DNA of 64,000 nucleotides. Origin: the human T2T-CHM13v2.0 reference genome, Homo sapiens. Positions 1 to 13,004 of this stretch are shown here, piece after piece; the first letter of the stretch is position 1, and each line of letters starts with the position of its first letter. The stretch lies in assembly GCF_009914755.1 (NCBI RefSeq), contig NC_060925.1; one strand, given 5' to 3'. Position numbers and translations under genes: made by a program. The notes under the pieces were generated by a model. The model was not told where the DNA came from. It saw only the letters and a list, made by a program, of their open reading frames with translations, and did not search any database.

Positions 1-120
1 CCTCATTGAATGGAAATGAAAGGGGTCATCGTCTAATGGAATCGCATGGAATCATGATCAAATGGAATCGAATGGAATCATCATCAAATGGAATCTAATG
101 GAATCATTCAACAGAATTGA

Positions 121-972
121 ATGGAATCGTCATCGAATGAATTGAATGCAATCATCGAATGGTCTCGAATGGAACCATCTTCTAATGGAAAGGAATGGAA
201 TCATCGCATAGAATCGAATGGAATTGTCATCGAATGGAATCGAATGGTATCAACACCAAACGGAAAAAAACGGAATTATCGAATGGAATCGAAGAGAATC
301 TTCGAACGGACCCGAATGGAATCATCTAATGGAATGGAATGGAATAATCCATGGACTCGAATGCAATCATCATCGAATGGAATCGAATGGAATCATCGAA
401 TGGACTCGAATGGAATAATCATTGAACGGAATCGAATGGAATCATCATCGGATGGAAACGAATGGAATCATCATCGGATGGGAATGAAAGGAGTCATCAT
501 CTAATGGAATTGCATGGAATCATCATAAAATGGAATCGAATGGAATCAACATCAAATGGAATCAAATGGAATCATTGAACGGAATTGAATGGAATCGTCA
601 TCGAATGAATTGAATGCAATCATCGAATGGTCTCGAATGGAATCATCTTCAAATGGAATGGAATGGAATCATTGCATAGAATCGAATGGAATTATCATCG
701 AATGGAATCGAATGGTATCAACATCAAACGGAAAAAAACGGAATTATCGAATGGAATCGAAGAGAATCTTCGAACGTACCCGAATGGAATCATCTAATGG
801 AGTGGAATGGAATAATCCATGGACTCGAATGCAATCATCATCGAATGGAATCGAATGGAATCATCGAATGGTCTCGAATGGAATAATCATTGAACGGAAT
901 CGAATGGAATCATCATCGGATGGAAATGAATGGAATGATCATCGAATGGAATCGAATAGAATTATGGAATGA
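121..972 (+). repeat. Tandem pair of 468-bp internal modules (A-type then B-type)
   Basis: Paralogous segments start at 121 and 589, each containing AAACGGAAAAAAACGG, GGACCCG/GTACCCG and AATAATCCATGG. A-type has TTCTAATGGAAAGG; B-type has TTCAAATGGAATGG. Confidence 0.9.
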
Positions 973-1028
973 AATCCAGTGTGATCATCATCGAATGGAC
1001 CCGAATGGAATCATCATCCAACGGAAGC

Positions 1029-1039
1029 TAATGGAATCA
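1029..1039 (+). promoter_or_regulatory. TAATGGAATCA, a match to the degenerate DUX4 consensus TAAYBBAATCA; recurs about once or twice per unit (also 96-106)
   Basis: Direct motif match. DUX4 binding and activation of HSATII is established in general, but occupancy of this copy cannot be shown from sequence. Confidence 0.35.
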
Positions 1040-1092
1040 ACATCGAATGAATCGAATGGAAACACCATCGAATTGAAACGAATGGAATTATC

Positions 1093-2868
1093 ATGAAATT
1101 GAAATGGATGGACCCATCATCGAATGGATTCGAATGGAATCATCGAATAAAATTGATTGAAATCATCATCAAATGGAATCGAATGGTGTCATTGAATGGG
1201 ATCGAATGGAATCATCGTCAGATGGAAATGAATGGAATCGTCATAGAATGGAATCGAATGGATTCATTGAATGGAATCAGATGGAATCATCGAATGGACT
1301 GGAATGGAATCATTGAATGGACTCGAATGGAATCATTATTGAATGGAATTGAATGGAATCATCGAATGGTCTCGATTGGAATCATTATCACATGGAATCG
1401 AATGGAATCACCGAATAGAATCGAATGGAACAATCATCGAATGGACTCAAATGGAATTATCCTCAAATGGAATCGAATGGAATTATCGAATGCAATCGAA
1501 TGGAATTATCGAATGCAATCGAATAGAATCATCGAATGGACTCGAATGGAATCATCGAATGGAATGGAATGGAACAGTCAATGAACTCGAATGGAATCAT
1601 CATTGAATGGAATCGAATGGAATCATCGAGTGGAATCGAATGGAATTATGATCAAATGGAATCGAATGTAATCCTCATCAAATGGAATCAAAAATAACGA
1701 TCATCAATTGGTATTGAATGGAATTGTCATCAAATGGAATTGAAAGGAATCATCATCAAATGGAACCGAATGGAATCCTCATTGAATGGAAATGAAAGTG
1801 GTCATCATCTAATGGAATCGCATGGAATCATCATCAAATGGAATCGAATGGAATCATCATGAAATGGAATCTAAGGGAATCATTGAACAGAATTGAATGG
1901 AATCGTCATCGAATGAATTGAATGCAATCATCGAATGGTCTCGAATGGAATCATCTTCAAATGGAAAGGAATGGAATCATCGCATAGAATCGAATGGAAT
2001 TATCATCGAATGGAATCCAATGGTATCAACATCAAACGGAAAAAAACGGAATTATGGAATGGAATCGAAGAGAATCTTCGAACGGACCCGAATGGAATCA
2101 TCTAATGGAATGGAATGGAATAATCCATGGACTCGAATGCAATCATCATCAAATGGAATCGAATGGAATCATCGAATGGACTCGAATGGAATAATCATTG
2201 AACGGAATCGAATGGAATCATCATCGGATGGAAACGAATGGAATCATCATCGAATGGAAATGAAAGGAGTCATCATCTAATGGAATTGCATGGAATCATC
2301 ATAAAATGGAATCGAATGGAATCAACATCAAATGGAATCAAATGGAATCATTGAACGGAATTGAATGGAATCATCATCGAATGAATTGACTGCAATCATC
2401 GAATGGTCTCGAATGGAATCATCTTCAAATGGAATGGAATGGAATCATCGCATAGAATCGAATGGAATTATCATCGAATGGATTCGAATGGAATCAACAT
2501 CAAACGGAAAAAAACGGAATTATCGAATGGAATCGAAGGGAATCATCGAAGGGACCCGAATGGAATCATCTAATGGAATGGAATGGAATAATCCATGGAC
2601 TCGAATGCAATCATCATCGAATGGAATCGAATGGAATCATCGAATGGACTCGAATGGAATAATCATTGAACGGAATCGAATGGAATCATCATCGGATGGA
2701 AATGAATGGAGTCATCATCGAATGGAATCGAATAGAATTATGGAATGAAATCCAGTGTGATCATCATCGAATGGACCCGAATGGAATCATCATCCAACGG
2801 AAGCTAATGGAATCAACATCGAATGAATCAAATGGAAACACCATCGAATTGAAACGAATGGAATTACC
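1093..2868 (+). repeat. Representative canonical 1776-bp unit (~840-bp core plus two 468-bp modules)
   Basis: Landmark spacing 1093->2869 = 1776. Module starts at 1897 and 2365 are 468 apart. Core-specific motifs AACAGTCAATGAAC, AAAAATAAC and AAATCCAGTGTGA occur once each. Confidence 0.92.
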
Positions 2869-4176
2869 ATGAAATTAAATTGGATGGACTCATCCTCAAA
2901 TGGATTCGAGTGGAATCATCGAATAAAATTGATTGAAATCATCATCAAATGGAATCGAATGGTATCATTGAATGGAATCGAATGGAATCATCATCAGATG
3001 GAAATGAAAGGAATCGTCATAGAATGGAATCAAATGGATTCATTGAATGGAATCAGATGGAATCATTGAATGGACTGGAATGGAATCATTGAATGGACTC
3101 GAAAGGGATCATTATTGAATGGAATTGAATGGAATCATCGAATGGTCTCGATTGGAATCATTATCAAATGGAATCGAATGGAATCACCGAATAGAATCGA
3201 ATGGAACAATCATCGAATGGACTCAAATGGAATTATCCTCAAATGGAATTGAATGGAATTATCGAATGAAATCGAATGGAATTATCGAATGCAATCGAAT
3301 AGAATCATCGAATGGACTCGAATGGAATCATCGAATGGAATGGAATGGAACAGTCAATGAACTCGAATGGAATCATCATTGAATGGAATCGAATGGAATC
3401 ATCGAGTGGAATCGAATGTAATCATCATCAAATGGAATCAAAAATAACCATCATCAAATGGAATCAAAAATAACCATCATCAATTGGTATTGAATGGAAT
3501 TCTCATCAAATGGAATTCAAAGGAATCATCATCAAATGGAACCGAATGGAATCCTCATTGAATGGAAATGAAAGGGGTCATCATCTAATGGAATCGCAAG
3601 GAATCATCATAAAATGGAATCGAATGGAATCAACATCAAATGGAATCAAATGGAATCATTGAACGGAATTGAATGGAATCGTCATCGAATGAATTGAAAG
3701 CAATCATCGAATGGTCTCGAATGGAATCATCTTCAAATGGAATGGAATGGAATCATCGCATAGAATCGAAAGGAATTATCATCGAATGGAATCGAATGGA
3801 ATCAACACCAAACGGAAAAAAACGGAATTATCGAATGGAATCGAAGAGAATCATCGAATGGACCCGAATGGAATCATCTAATGGAATGGAATGGAATAAT
3901 CCATGGACTCGAATGCAATCATCATCGAATGGAATCGAATGGAATCATCCAATGGACTCGAATGGAATAATCATTGAACGGAATCGAATGGAATCATCAT
4001 CGGATGGAAATGAATGGAATCATCATCGAATGGAATCGAATAGAATTATGGAATGAAATCCAGTGTGATCATCATCGAATGGACCCGAATGGAATCATCA
4101 TCCAACGGATGCTAATGGAATCAACATCGAATGAATTAAATGGAAACACCATCGAATTGAAACGAATGGAATTACC
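2869..4176 (+). repeat. 1308-bp short unit with a single 468-bp module; others start at 9641, 18494, 23354, 38613, plus 24662 (1237 bp) and 41697 (1285 bp)
   Basis: Landmark spacing 1308 = 1776-468, with only one module start (3673) between the landmarks. Confidence 0.9.
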
Positions 4177-5942
4177 ATGAAATTGAAATGGATGGACTCA
4201 TCATCGAATGGATTCGAAAGGAATCATCGAATAAAATTGATTGAAATCATCATCGAATGGAATCGAATGGTATCATTGAATGGAATCGAATGGAATCATC
4301 ATCAGATGGAAATGAATGGAATCGTCATAGAATGGAATCGAATGGATTCATTGAATGGAATCAGATGGAATCATCGAATGGACTGGAATGGAATCATTGA
4401 ATGGACTCGAAAGAGATCATGATTGAATGGAATTGAATAGAATCATCGAATGGTCTCGATTGGAATCATTATCAAATGGAATCGAATGGAATCACCGAAT
4501 AGAATCGAATGGAACAATCATCGAATGGACTCAAATGGAATTATCCTCCAATGGAATCGAATGGAATTATCGAATGCAATCGAACGGAATTATCGAATGC
4601 AATCGAATAGAATCATCGAATGGACTCGAATAGAATCATCGAATGGAATGGAATGGAACAGTCAATGAACTCGAATGGAATCATCATTGAATGGAATCAT
4701 CGAGTGGAATCGAAAGGAATTATGATCAAATGGAATCGAACGTAATCATCATCAAATGGAATCAAAAATAACCATCATCAATTGGTATTGAATGGAATTG
4801 TCATCAAATGGAATTCAAAGGAATCATCATCAAATGGAACCGAATGGAATCCTCATTGAATGGAAATGAAAGGGGTCATCATCTAATGGAATCGCATGGA
4901 ATCATCATCAAATGGAATCGAATGGAATCATCATCAAATGGAATCTAATGGAATCATTGAAAAGAATTGAAGGGAGTCGTCATCAAATGAATTGAATGCA
5001 ATCATCGAATGGTCTCGAATGGAATCATCTTCTAATGGAAAGGACTGGAATCATCGCATAGAATCGAATGGAATTATCATCGAATGGAATCGAATGGTAT
5101 CAACACCAAACGGAAAAAAACGGAATTATCGAATGGAATCGAAGAGAATCTTCGAACGGACCCGAATGGAATCATCTAATGGAATGGAATGGAATAATCC
5201 ATGGACTCGAATGCAATCATCATCGAATGGAATCGAATGGAATCATCGAATGGACTCGAATGGAATAATCATTGAACGGAATCGAATGGAATCATCATCG
5301 GATGGAAACGAATGGAATCATCATCGAATGGAAATGTAAGGAGTCATCATCTAATGGAATTGCATGGAATCATCATAAAATGGAATCGAATGGAATCAAC
5401 ATCAAATGGAATCAAATGGAATCATTGAACGGAATTGAATGGAATCGTCATCGAATGAATTGAATGCAATCATCGAATGGTCTCGAATGGAATCATCTTC
5501 AAATGGAATGGAATGGAATCATCGCATAGAATCGAATGGAATTATCATCGAATGGAATCGAATGGAATCAACATCAAACAGAAAAAAACGGAATTATCGA
5601 ATGGAATCGAAGAGAATCATCGAATGGACCCGAATGGAATCATCTAATAGAATGGAATGGAATAATCCATGGACTCGAATGCAATCATCATCGAATGGAA
5701 TCGAATGGAATCATCGAATGGACTCGAATGGAATAATCATTGAACGGAATCGAATGGAATCATCATCGGATGGAAATGAATGGAATCATCATCGAATGGA
5801 ATCGAATAGAATTATGGAATGAAATCCAGTGTGATCATCATCGAATGGACCCGAATGGAATCATCATCCAACGGAAGCTAATGGAATCAACATCGAATGA
5901 ATCGAATGGAAACACCATCGAATTGAAACGAATGGAATTATC

Positions 5943-7865
5943 ATGAAATTGAAATGGATGGACTCATCATCGAATGGATTCGAATGGAATCATCGAATAA
6001 AATTGATTGAAATCATCATCGAATGGTATCGAATGGTATCATTGAATGGAATCGAATGGAATCATCATCAGATGGAAATGAATGGAATCGTCATAGAATG
6101 GAATCGAATGGATTCATTGAATGGAATCAGATGGAATCATCGAATGGACTGGAATGGAATCATTGAATGGACTCGAAAGGGATCATTATTGAATGGAATT
6201 GAATGGAATCATTGAATGGTCTCGATTGGAATCATTATCAAATGGAATCGAATGGAATCACCGAATAGAATCGAATGGAACAATCATCGAATGGACTCAA
6301 ATGGAATTATCCTCAAATGGAATCGAATGGAATTATCGAATGCAATCGAATGGAATTATCGAATGCAATCGAATAGAATCATCGAATGGACTCGAATGGA
6401 ATCATCGAATGGAATGGAATGGAACAGTCAATGAACTCGAATGGAATCATCATTGAATGGAATCGAATGGAATCATCGAGTGGAATCGAATGGAATTATG
6501 ATCAAATGGAATCGAATGTAATCATCATCAAATGGAATCAAAAATAACCATCATCAATTGGTATTGAATGGAATTCTCATCAAATGGAATTCAAAGGAAT
6601 CATCATCAAATGGAACTGAATGGAATCCTCATTGAATGGAAATGAAAGGGGTCATCATCTAATGGAATCGCATGGAATCATCATCAAATGGAATCGAATG
6701 GAATCATCATCAAATGGAATCTGATGGAATCATTGAACAGAATTGAATGGAATCGTCATCGAATGAATTGAATGCAATCATCGAATGGTCTCGAATGTAA
6801 TCACATTCTAATGGAAAGGAATGGAATCATCGCATAGAATAGAATGGAATTAATATTGAATGGACTCGAATGGAATCAACATCAAACGGAATCAAGCGGA
6901 ATTATCGAATGGAATCGAAAAGAATCATCGAATGGTCTCGAATGGAATCATCTTCTAATGGAAAGTAATGGAATCATCGCATAGAATCGAATGGAATTAA
7001 CATTGAATGGACTCGAATGGAATCAACATCAAATGGAATCAAGCGGAATTATCGAATGAAATCGAAGAGAATCATCGAATGGACTCGAATGGAATCATCT
7101 AATGGAATGGAATGGAATAATCCACGGACTCGAATGCAATAATCATCGTTTAGAATCGAATGGAATCATCGAAAGGACTCGAATGGAATAACCATTGAAC
7201 GGAATCGAATGGAATCATCATCGGATGGAAACGAATGGAATCATCATCGAATGGAAATGAAAGGAGTCATCATCTAATGGAATTGCATGGAATCATCATA
7301 AAATGGAATCGAATGGAATCATCATCAAATGGAATCAAATGGAATCATTCAACGGAATTGAATGGAATCGTCATCGAATGAATTGAATGCAATCATCGAA
7401 TGGTCTCGAATGGAATCATCTTCAAATGGAATGGAATGGAATCATCGCATAGAATCGAATGGAATTATCATCGAATGGAATCGAATGGTATCAACATCAA
7501 ACGGAAAAAAACGGAATTATCGAATGGAATCGAAGAGAATCTTCGAACGGACCCGAATGGAATCATCTAATGGAATGGAATGGAATAATCCATGGACTCG
7601 AATGCAATCATCATCGAATGGAATCCAATGGAATCATTGAAAGGACTCGAATGGAATAATCATTGAACGGAATCGAATGGAATCATCATCGGATGGAAAT
7701 GAATGGAATCATCATCGAATGGAATCGAATAGAATTATGGAATGAAATCCAGTGTGATCATCATCGAATGGACCCGAATGGAATTATCATCCAACGGAAG
7801 CTAATGGAATCAACATCGAATGAATCGAATGGAAACACCATCGAATTGAAACGAATGGAATTACC
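5943..7865 (+). repeat. 1923-bp variant unit with an internal 147-bp tandem duplication; others start at 12725, 14648, 16571, 27665, 36690, 44758
   Basis: Spacing 1923 = 1776+147. GGTCTCGAATG...AGAATCATCGAAT is repeated at 6787 and 6934. Shared markers are TCTGATGG, TGTAATCACATTC and GGAATCAAGCGG. Confidence 0.9.
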
Positions 7866-10800
7866 ATGAAATTGAAATGGATGGACTCATCATCGAATGG
7901 ATTCGAATGGAATCATCGAATAAAATTGATTGAAATCATCATCGAATGGAATCGAATGGTATCATTGAATGGAATCGAATGGAATCATCATCAGATGGAA
8001 ATGAATGGAATCGTCATAGAATGGAATCGAATGGATTCATTGAATGGAATCAGATGGAATCATCGAATGGACTGGAATGGAATCATTGAATGGACTCGAA
8101 AGGGATCATTATTGAATGGAATTGAATGGAATCATCGAATGGTCTCGATTGGAATCATTATCAAATGGAATCGAATGGAATCACCGAATAGAATCGAATG
8201 GAACAATCATCGAATGGACTCAAATGGAATTATCCTCAAATGGAATCGAATGGAATTATCGAATGCAATCGAATGGAATTATCGAATGCAATCGAATAGA
8301 ATCATCGAATGGACTCGAATGGAATCATCGAATGGAATGGAATGGAACAGTCAATGAACTCGAATGGAATCATTATTGAATGGAATCGAATGGAATCATC
8401 GAGTGGAATCGAATGGAATTATGATCAAATGGAATCGAATGTAATCATCATCAAATGGAATCAAAAATAACCATCATCAATTGGTATTGAATGGAATTGT
8501 CATCAAATGGAATTTAAGGGAATCATCATCAAATGGAACCGAATGGAATCCTCATTGAATGGAAATGAAAGTGGTCATCATCTAATGGAATCGCATGGAA
8601 TCATCATCAAATGGAATCGAATGGAATCATCATCAAATGGAATCTAATGGAATCATTGAAAGAATTGAATGGAATCATCATCGAATGAATTGAATGCAAT
8701 CATCGAATGGTCTCGAATGGAATCATCTTCTAATGGAAAGGAATGGAATCATCGCATAGAATCGAATGGAATTATCATCGAATGGAATCGAATGGTATCA
8801 ACATCAAACGGAAAAAAACGGAATTATCGAATGGAATCGAAGAGAATCTTCGAACGGACCCGAATGGAATCATCTAATGGAATGGAATGGAATAATCCAC
8901 GGACTCGAATGCAATCATCACCGTATAGAATCGAATGGAATCATCGAAAGGACTCGAATGGAATAACCATTGAACGGAATCGAATGGAATCATCATCGGA
9001 TGGAAACGAATGGAATCATCATCGAATGGAAATGAAAGGAGTCATCATCTAATGGAATTGCATGGAATCATCATAAAATGGAATCGAATGGAATCATCAT
9101 CAAATGGAATCAAATGGAATCATTGAACGGAATTGAATGGAATCGTCATCGAATGAATTGAATGCAATCATCGAATGGTCTCGAATGGAATCATCTTCAA
9201 ATGGAATGGAATGGAATCATCGCATAGAATCGAATGGAATTATCATCGAATGGAATCGAATGGTATCAACATCAAACGGAAAAAAACGGAATTATCGAAT
9301 GGAATCGAAGAGAATCTTCGAACGGACCCGAATGGAATCATCTAATGGAATGGAATGGAATAATCCATGGACTCGAATGCAATCATCATCGAATGGAATC
9401 GAATGGAATCATTGAAAGGACTCGAATGGAATAATCATTGAACGGAATCGAATGGAATCATCATCGGATAGAAATGAATGGAATCATCATCGAATGGAAT
9501 CGAATAGAATTATGGAATGAAATCCAGTGTGATCATCATCGAATGGACCCGAATGGAATAATCATCCAACGGAAGCTAATGGAATCAACATCGAATGAAT
9601 CGAAAGGAAACACCATCGAATTGAAACGAATGGAATTATCATGAAATTGAAATGGATGGACTCATCATCAAATGGATTCGAATGGAATCATCGAATAAAA
9701 TTGATTGAAATCATCATCGAATGGAATCGAATGGTATCACTGAATGGAATCGAATGGAATCATCATCTGATGGAAATGAATGGAATCGTCATAGAATGGA
9801 ATCGAATGGATTCATTGAATGGAATCAGATGGAATCATCGAATGGACTGGAATGGAATCATTGAATGGACTCGAAAGGGATCATGATTGAATGGAATTGA
9901 ATGGAATCATCGAATGGTCTCGATTGGAATCATTATCAAATGGAATCGAATGGAATCATCGAATAGAATCGAATGGAACAATCATCGAATGGACTCCAAT
10001 GGAATTATCCTCAAATGGAATCGAATGGAAATATCGAATGCAATCGAATGGAATTATCGAATGCAATCGAATAGAATCATCGAATGGACTCGAATGGAAT
10101 CATCGAATGGAATGGAATGGAACAGTCAATGAACTCGAATGGAATCATCATTGAATGGAATCGAATGGAATCATCGAGTGGAATCGAATGGAATTATGAT
10201 CAAATGGAATCGAATGCAATCATCATCAAATGGAATCAAAAATAACCATCATCAATTGGTATTGAATGGAATTGTCATCAAATGGAATTCAAAGGAATCA
10301 TCATCAAATGGAACTGAATGGAATCCTCATTGAATGGAAATGAAAGGGGTCATCATCTAATGGAATCGCATGGAATCATCATCAAATGGAATCGAATGGA
10401 ATCAACATCAAATGGAATCAAATGGAATCATTGAACGGAATTGAATGGAATCGTCATCGAATGAATTGAATGCAATCATCGAATGGTCTCGAATGGAATC
10501 ATCTTCAAATGGAATGGAATGGAATCATCGCATAGAATCGAATGGAATTATCATCGAATGGAATCGAATGGAATCAACATCAAACGGAAAAAAACGGAAT
10601 TATCGAATGGAATCGAAGAGAATCATCGAATGGACCCGAATGGAATCATCTAATGGAATGGAATGGAATAATCCATGGACTCGAATGCAATCATCATCGA
10701 ATGGAATCGAATGGAATCATCGAATGGACTCGAATGGAATAATCATTGAACGGAATCGAATGGAATCATCATCGGATGGAAATGAATGGAATCATCATCG

Positions 10801-13004
10801 AATGGAATCGAATAGAATTATGGAATGAAATCCAGTGTGATCATCATCGAATGGACCCGAATGGAATCATCATCCAACGGAAGCTAATGGAATCAACATC
10901 GAATGAATCAAATGGAAACACCATCGAATTGAAACGAATGGAATTACCATGAAATTCAAATGGATGGACTCATCATCAAATGGATTCGAGTGGAATCATC
11001 AAATAAAATTGATTGAAATCATCATCGAATGGAATCGAATGGTATCATTGAATGGAATCGAATGGAATCATCATCAGATGGAAATGAAAGGAATCGTCAT
11101 AGAATGGAATCGAATGGATTCATTGAATGGAATCAGATGGAATCATCGAATGGACTGGAATGGAATCATTGAATGGACTCGAAAGGGATCATTATTGAAT
11201 GGAATTGAATGGAATCATCGAATGGTCTCGATTGGAATCATTATCAAATGGAATCGAATGGAATCACCGAATAGAATCGAATGGAACAATCATCGAATGG
11301 ACTCAAATGGAATTATCCTCAAATGGAATCGAATGGAATTATCGAATGCAATCGAATGGAATTATCGAATGCAATCGAATAGAATCAACGAATGGACTCG
11401 AATGGAATCATCGAATGGAATGGAATGGAACAGTCAATGAACTCGAATGGAATCATCATTGAATGGAATCGAATGGAATCATCGAGTGGAATCTAAAGGA
11501 ATTATGACCAAATGGAATCGAAAGTAATCATCATCAAATGGAATCAAAAATAAACATCATCAATTGGTATTGAATGGAATTGTCATCAAATGGAATTCAA
11601 AGGAATCATCATCAAATGGAACCGAATGGAATCCTCATTGAATGGAAATGAAAGGGGTCATCATCTAATGGAATCGCATGGAATCATCATCAAATGGAAT
11701 CGAATGGAATCATCATCAAATGGAATCTAATGGAATCATTGAAAAGAATTGAATGGAATAGTCATCGAATGAATTGAATGCAATCATCGAATGGTCTCGA
11801 ATGGAATCATCTTCTAATGGAAAGGAATGGAATCATCGCATAGAATCGAATGGAATTATCATCGAATGGAATCGAATGATATCAACACCAAACGGAAAAT
11901 AACGGAATTATCGAATGGAATCGAAGAGAATCTTCGAACGGACCCGAATGGAATCATCTAATGGAATGGAATGGAATAATCCATGGACTCGAATGCAATC
12001 ATCATCGAATGGAATCGAATGGAATCATCGAATGGACTCGAATGGAATAATCATTGAACGGAATCGAATGGAATCATCATCGGATGGAAACGAATGGAAT
12101 CATCATCGAATGGAAATGAAAGGAGTCATCATCTAATGGAATTGCATGGAATCATCATCAAATGGAATCGAATGGAATCAACATCAAATGGAATCAAATG
12201 GAATCATTGAACGGAATTGAATGGAATCGTCATCGAATGAATTGAATGCAATCATCGAATGGTCTCAAATGGAATCATCTTCAAATGGAATGGAATGGAA
12301 TCATCGCATAGAATCGAATGGAATTATCATCGAATGGAATCGAATGGAATCAACATCAAACGGAAAAAAACGGAATTATCGAATGGAATCGAAGAGAATC
12401 ATCGAATGGACCCGAATGGAATCATCTAATGGAATGGAATGGAATAATCCATGGACTCGAATGCAATCATCATCGAATGGAATCGAATGGAATCATCGAA
12501 TGGACTCGAATGGAATAATCATTGAACGGAATCGAATGGAATCGTCATCGGATGGAAATGAATGGAATCATCATCGAATGGAATCGAATAGAATTATGGA
12601 ATGAAATCCAGGGTGATCATCATCGAATGGACCCGAATGGAATCATCATCCAACGGAAGCTAATGGAATCAACATCGAATGAATCGAATGGAAACACCAT
12701 CGAATTGAAACGAATGGAATTACCATGAAATTGAAATGGATGGACTCATCATCGAATGGATTCGAATGGAATCATCGAATAAAATTGATTGAAATCATCA
12801 TCGAATGGTATCGAATGGTATCATTGAATGGAATCGAATGGAATCATCCTCAGATGGAAATGAATGGAATCGTCATAGAATGGAATCGAATGGATTCATT
12901 GAATGGAATCAGATGGAATCAACGAATGGACTGGAATGGAATCATTGAATGGACTCGAAAGGGATCATTATTGAATGGAATTGAATGGAATCATCGAATG
13001 GTCC

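Noticed and set aside
6787-7080. 147-bp duplication equals the nucleosome core length
   Set aside because: It is explained more simply as 3 x (23+26) subunits. The match is probably coincidental.
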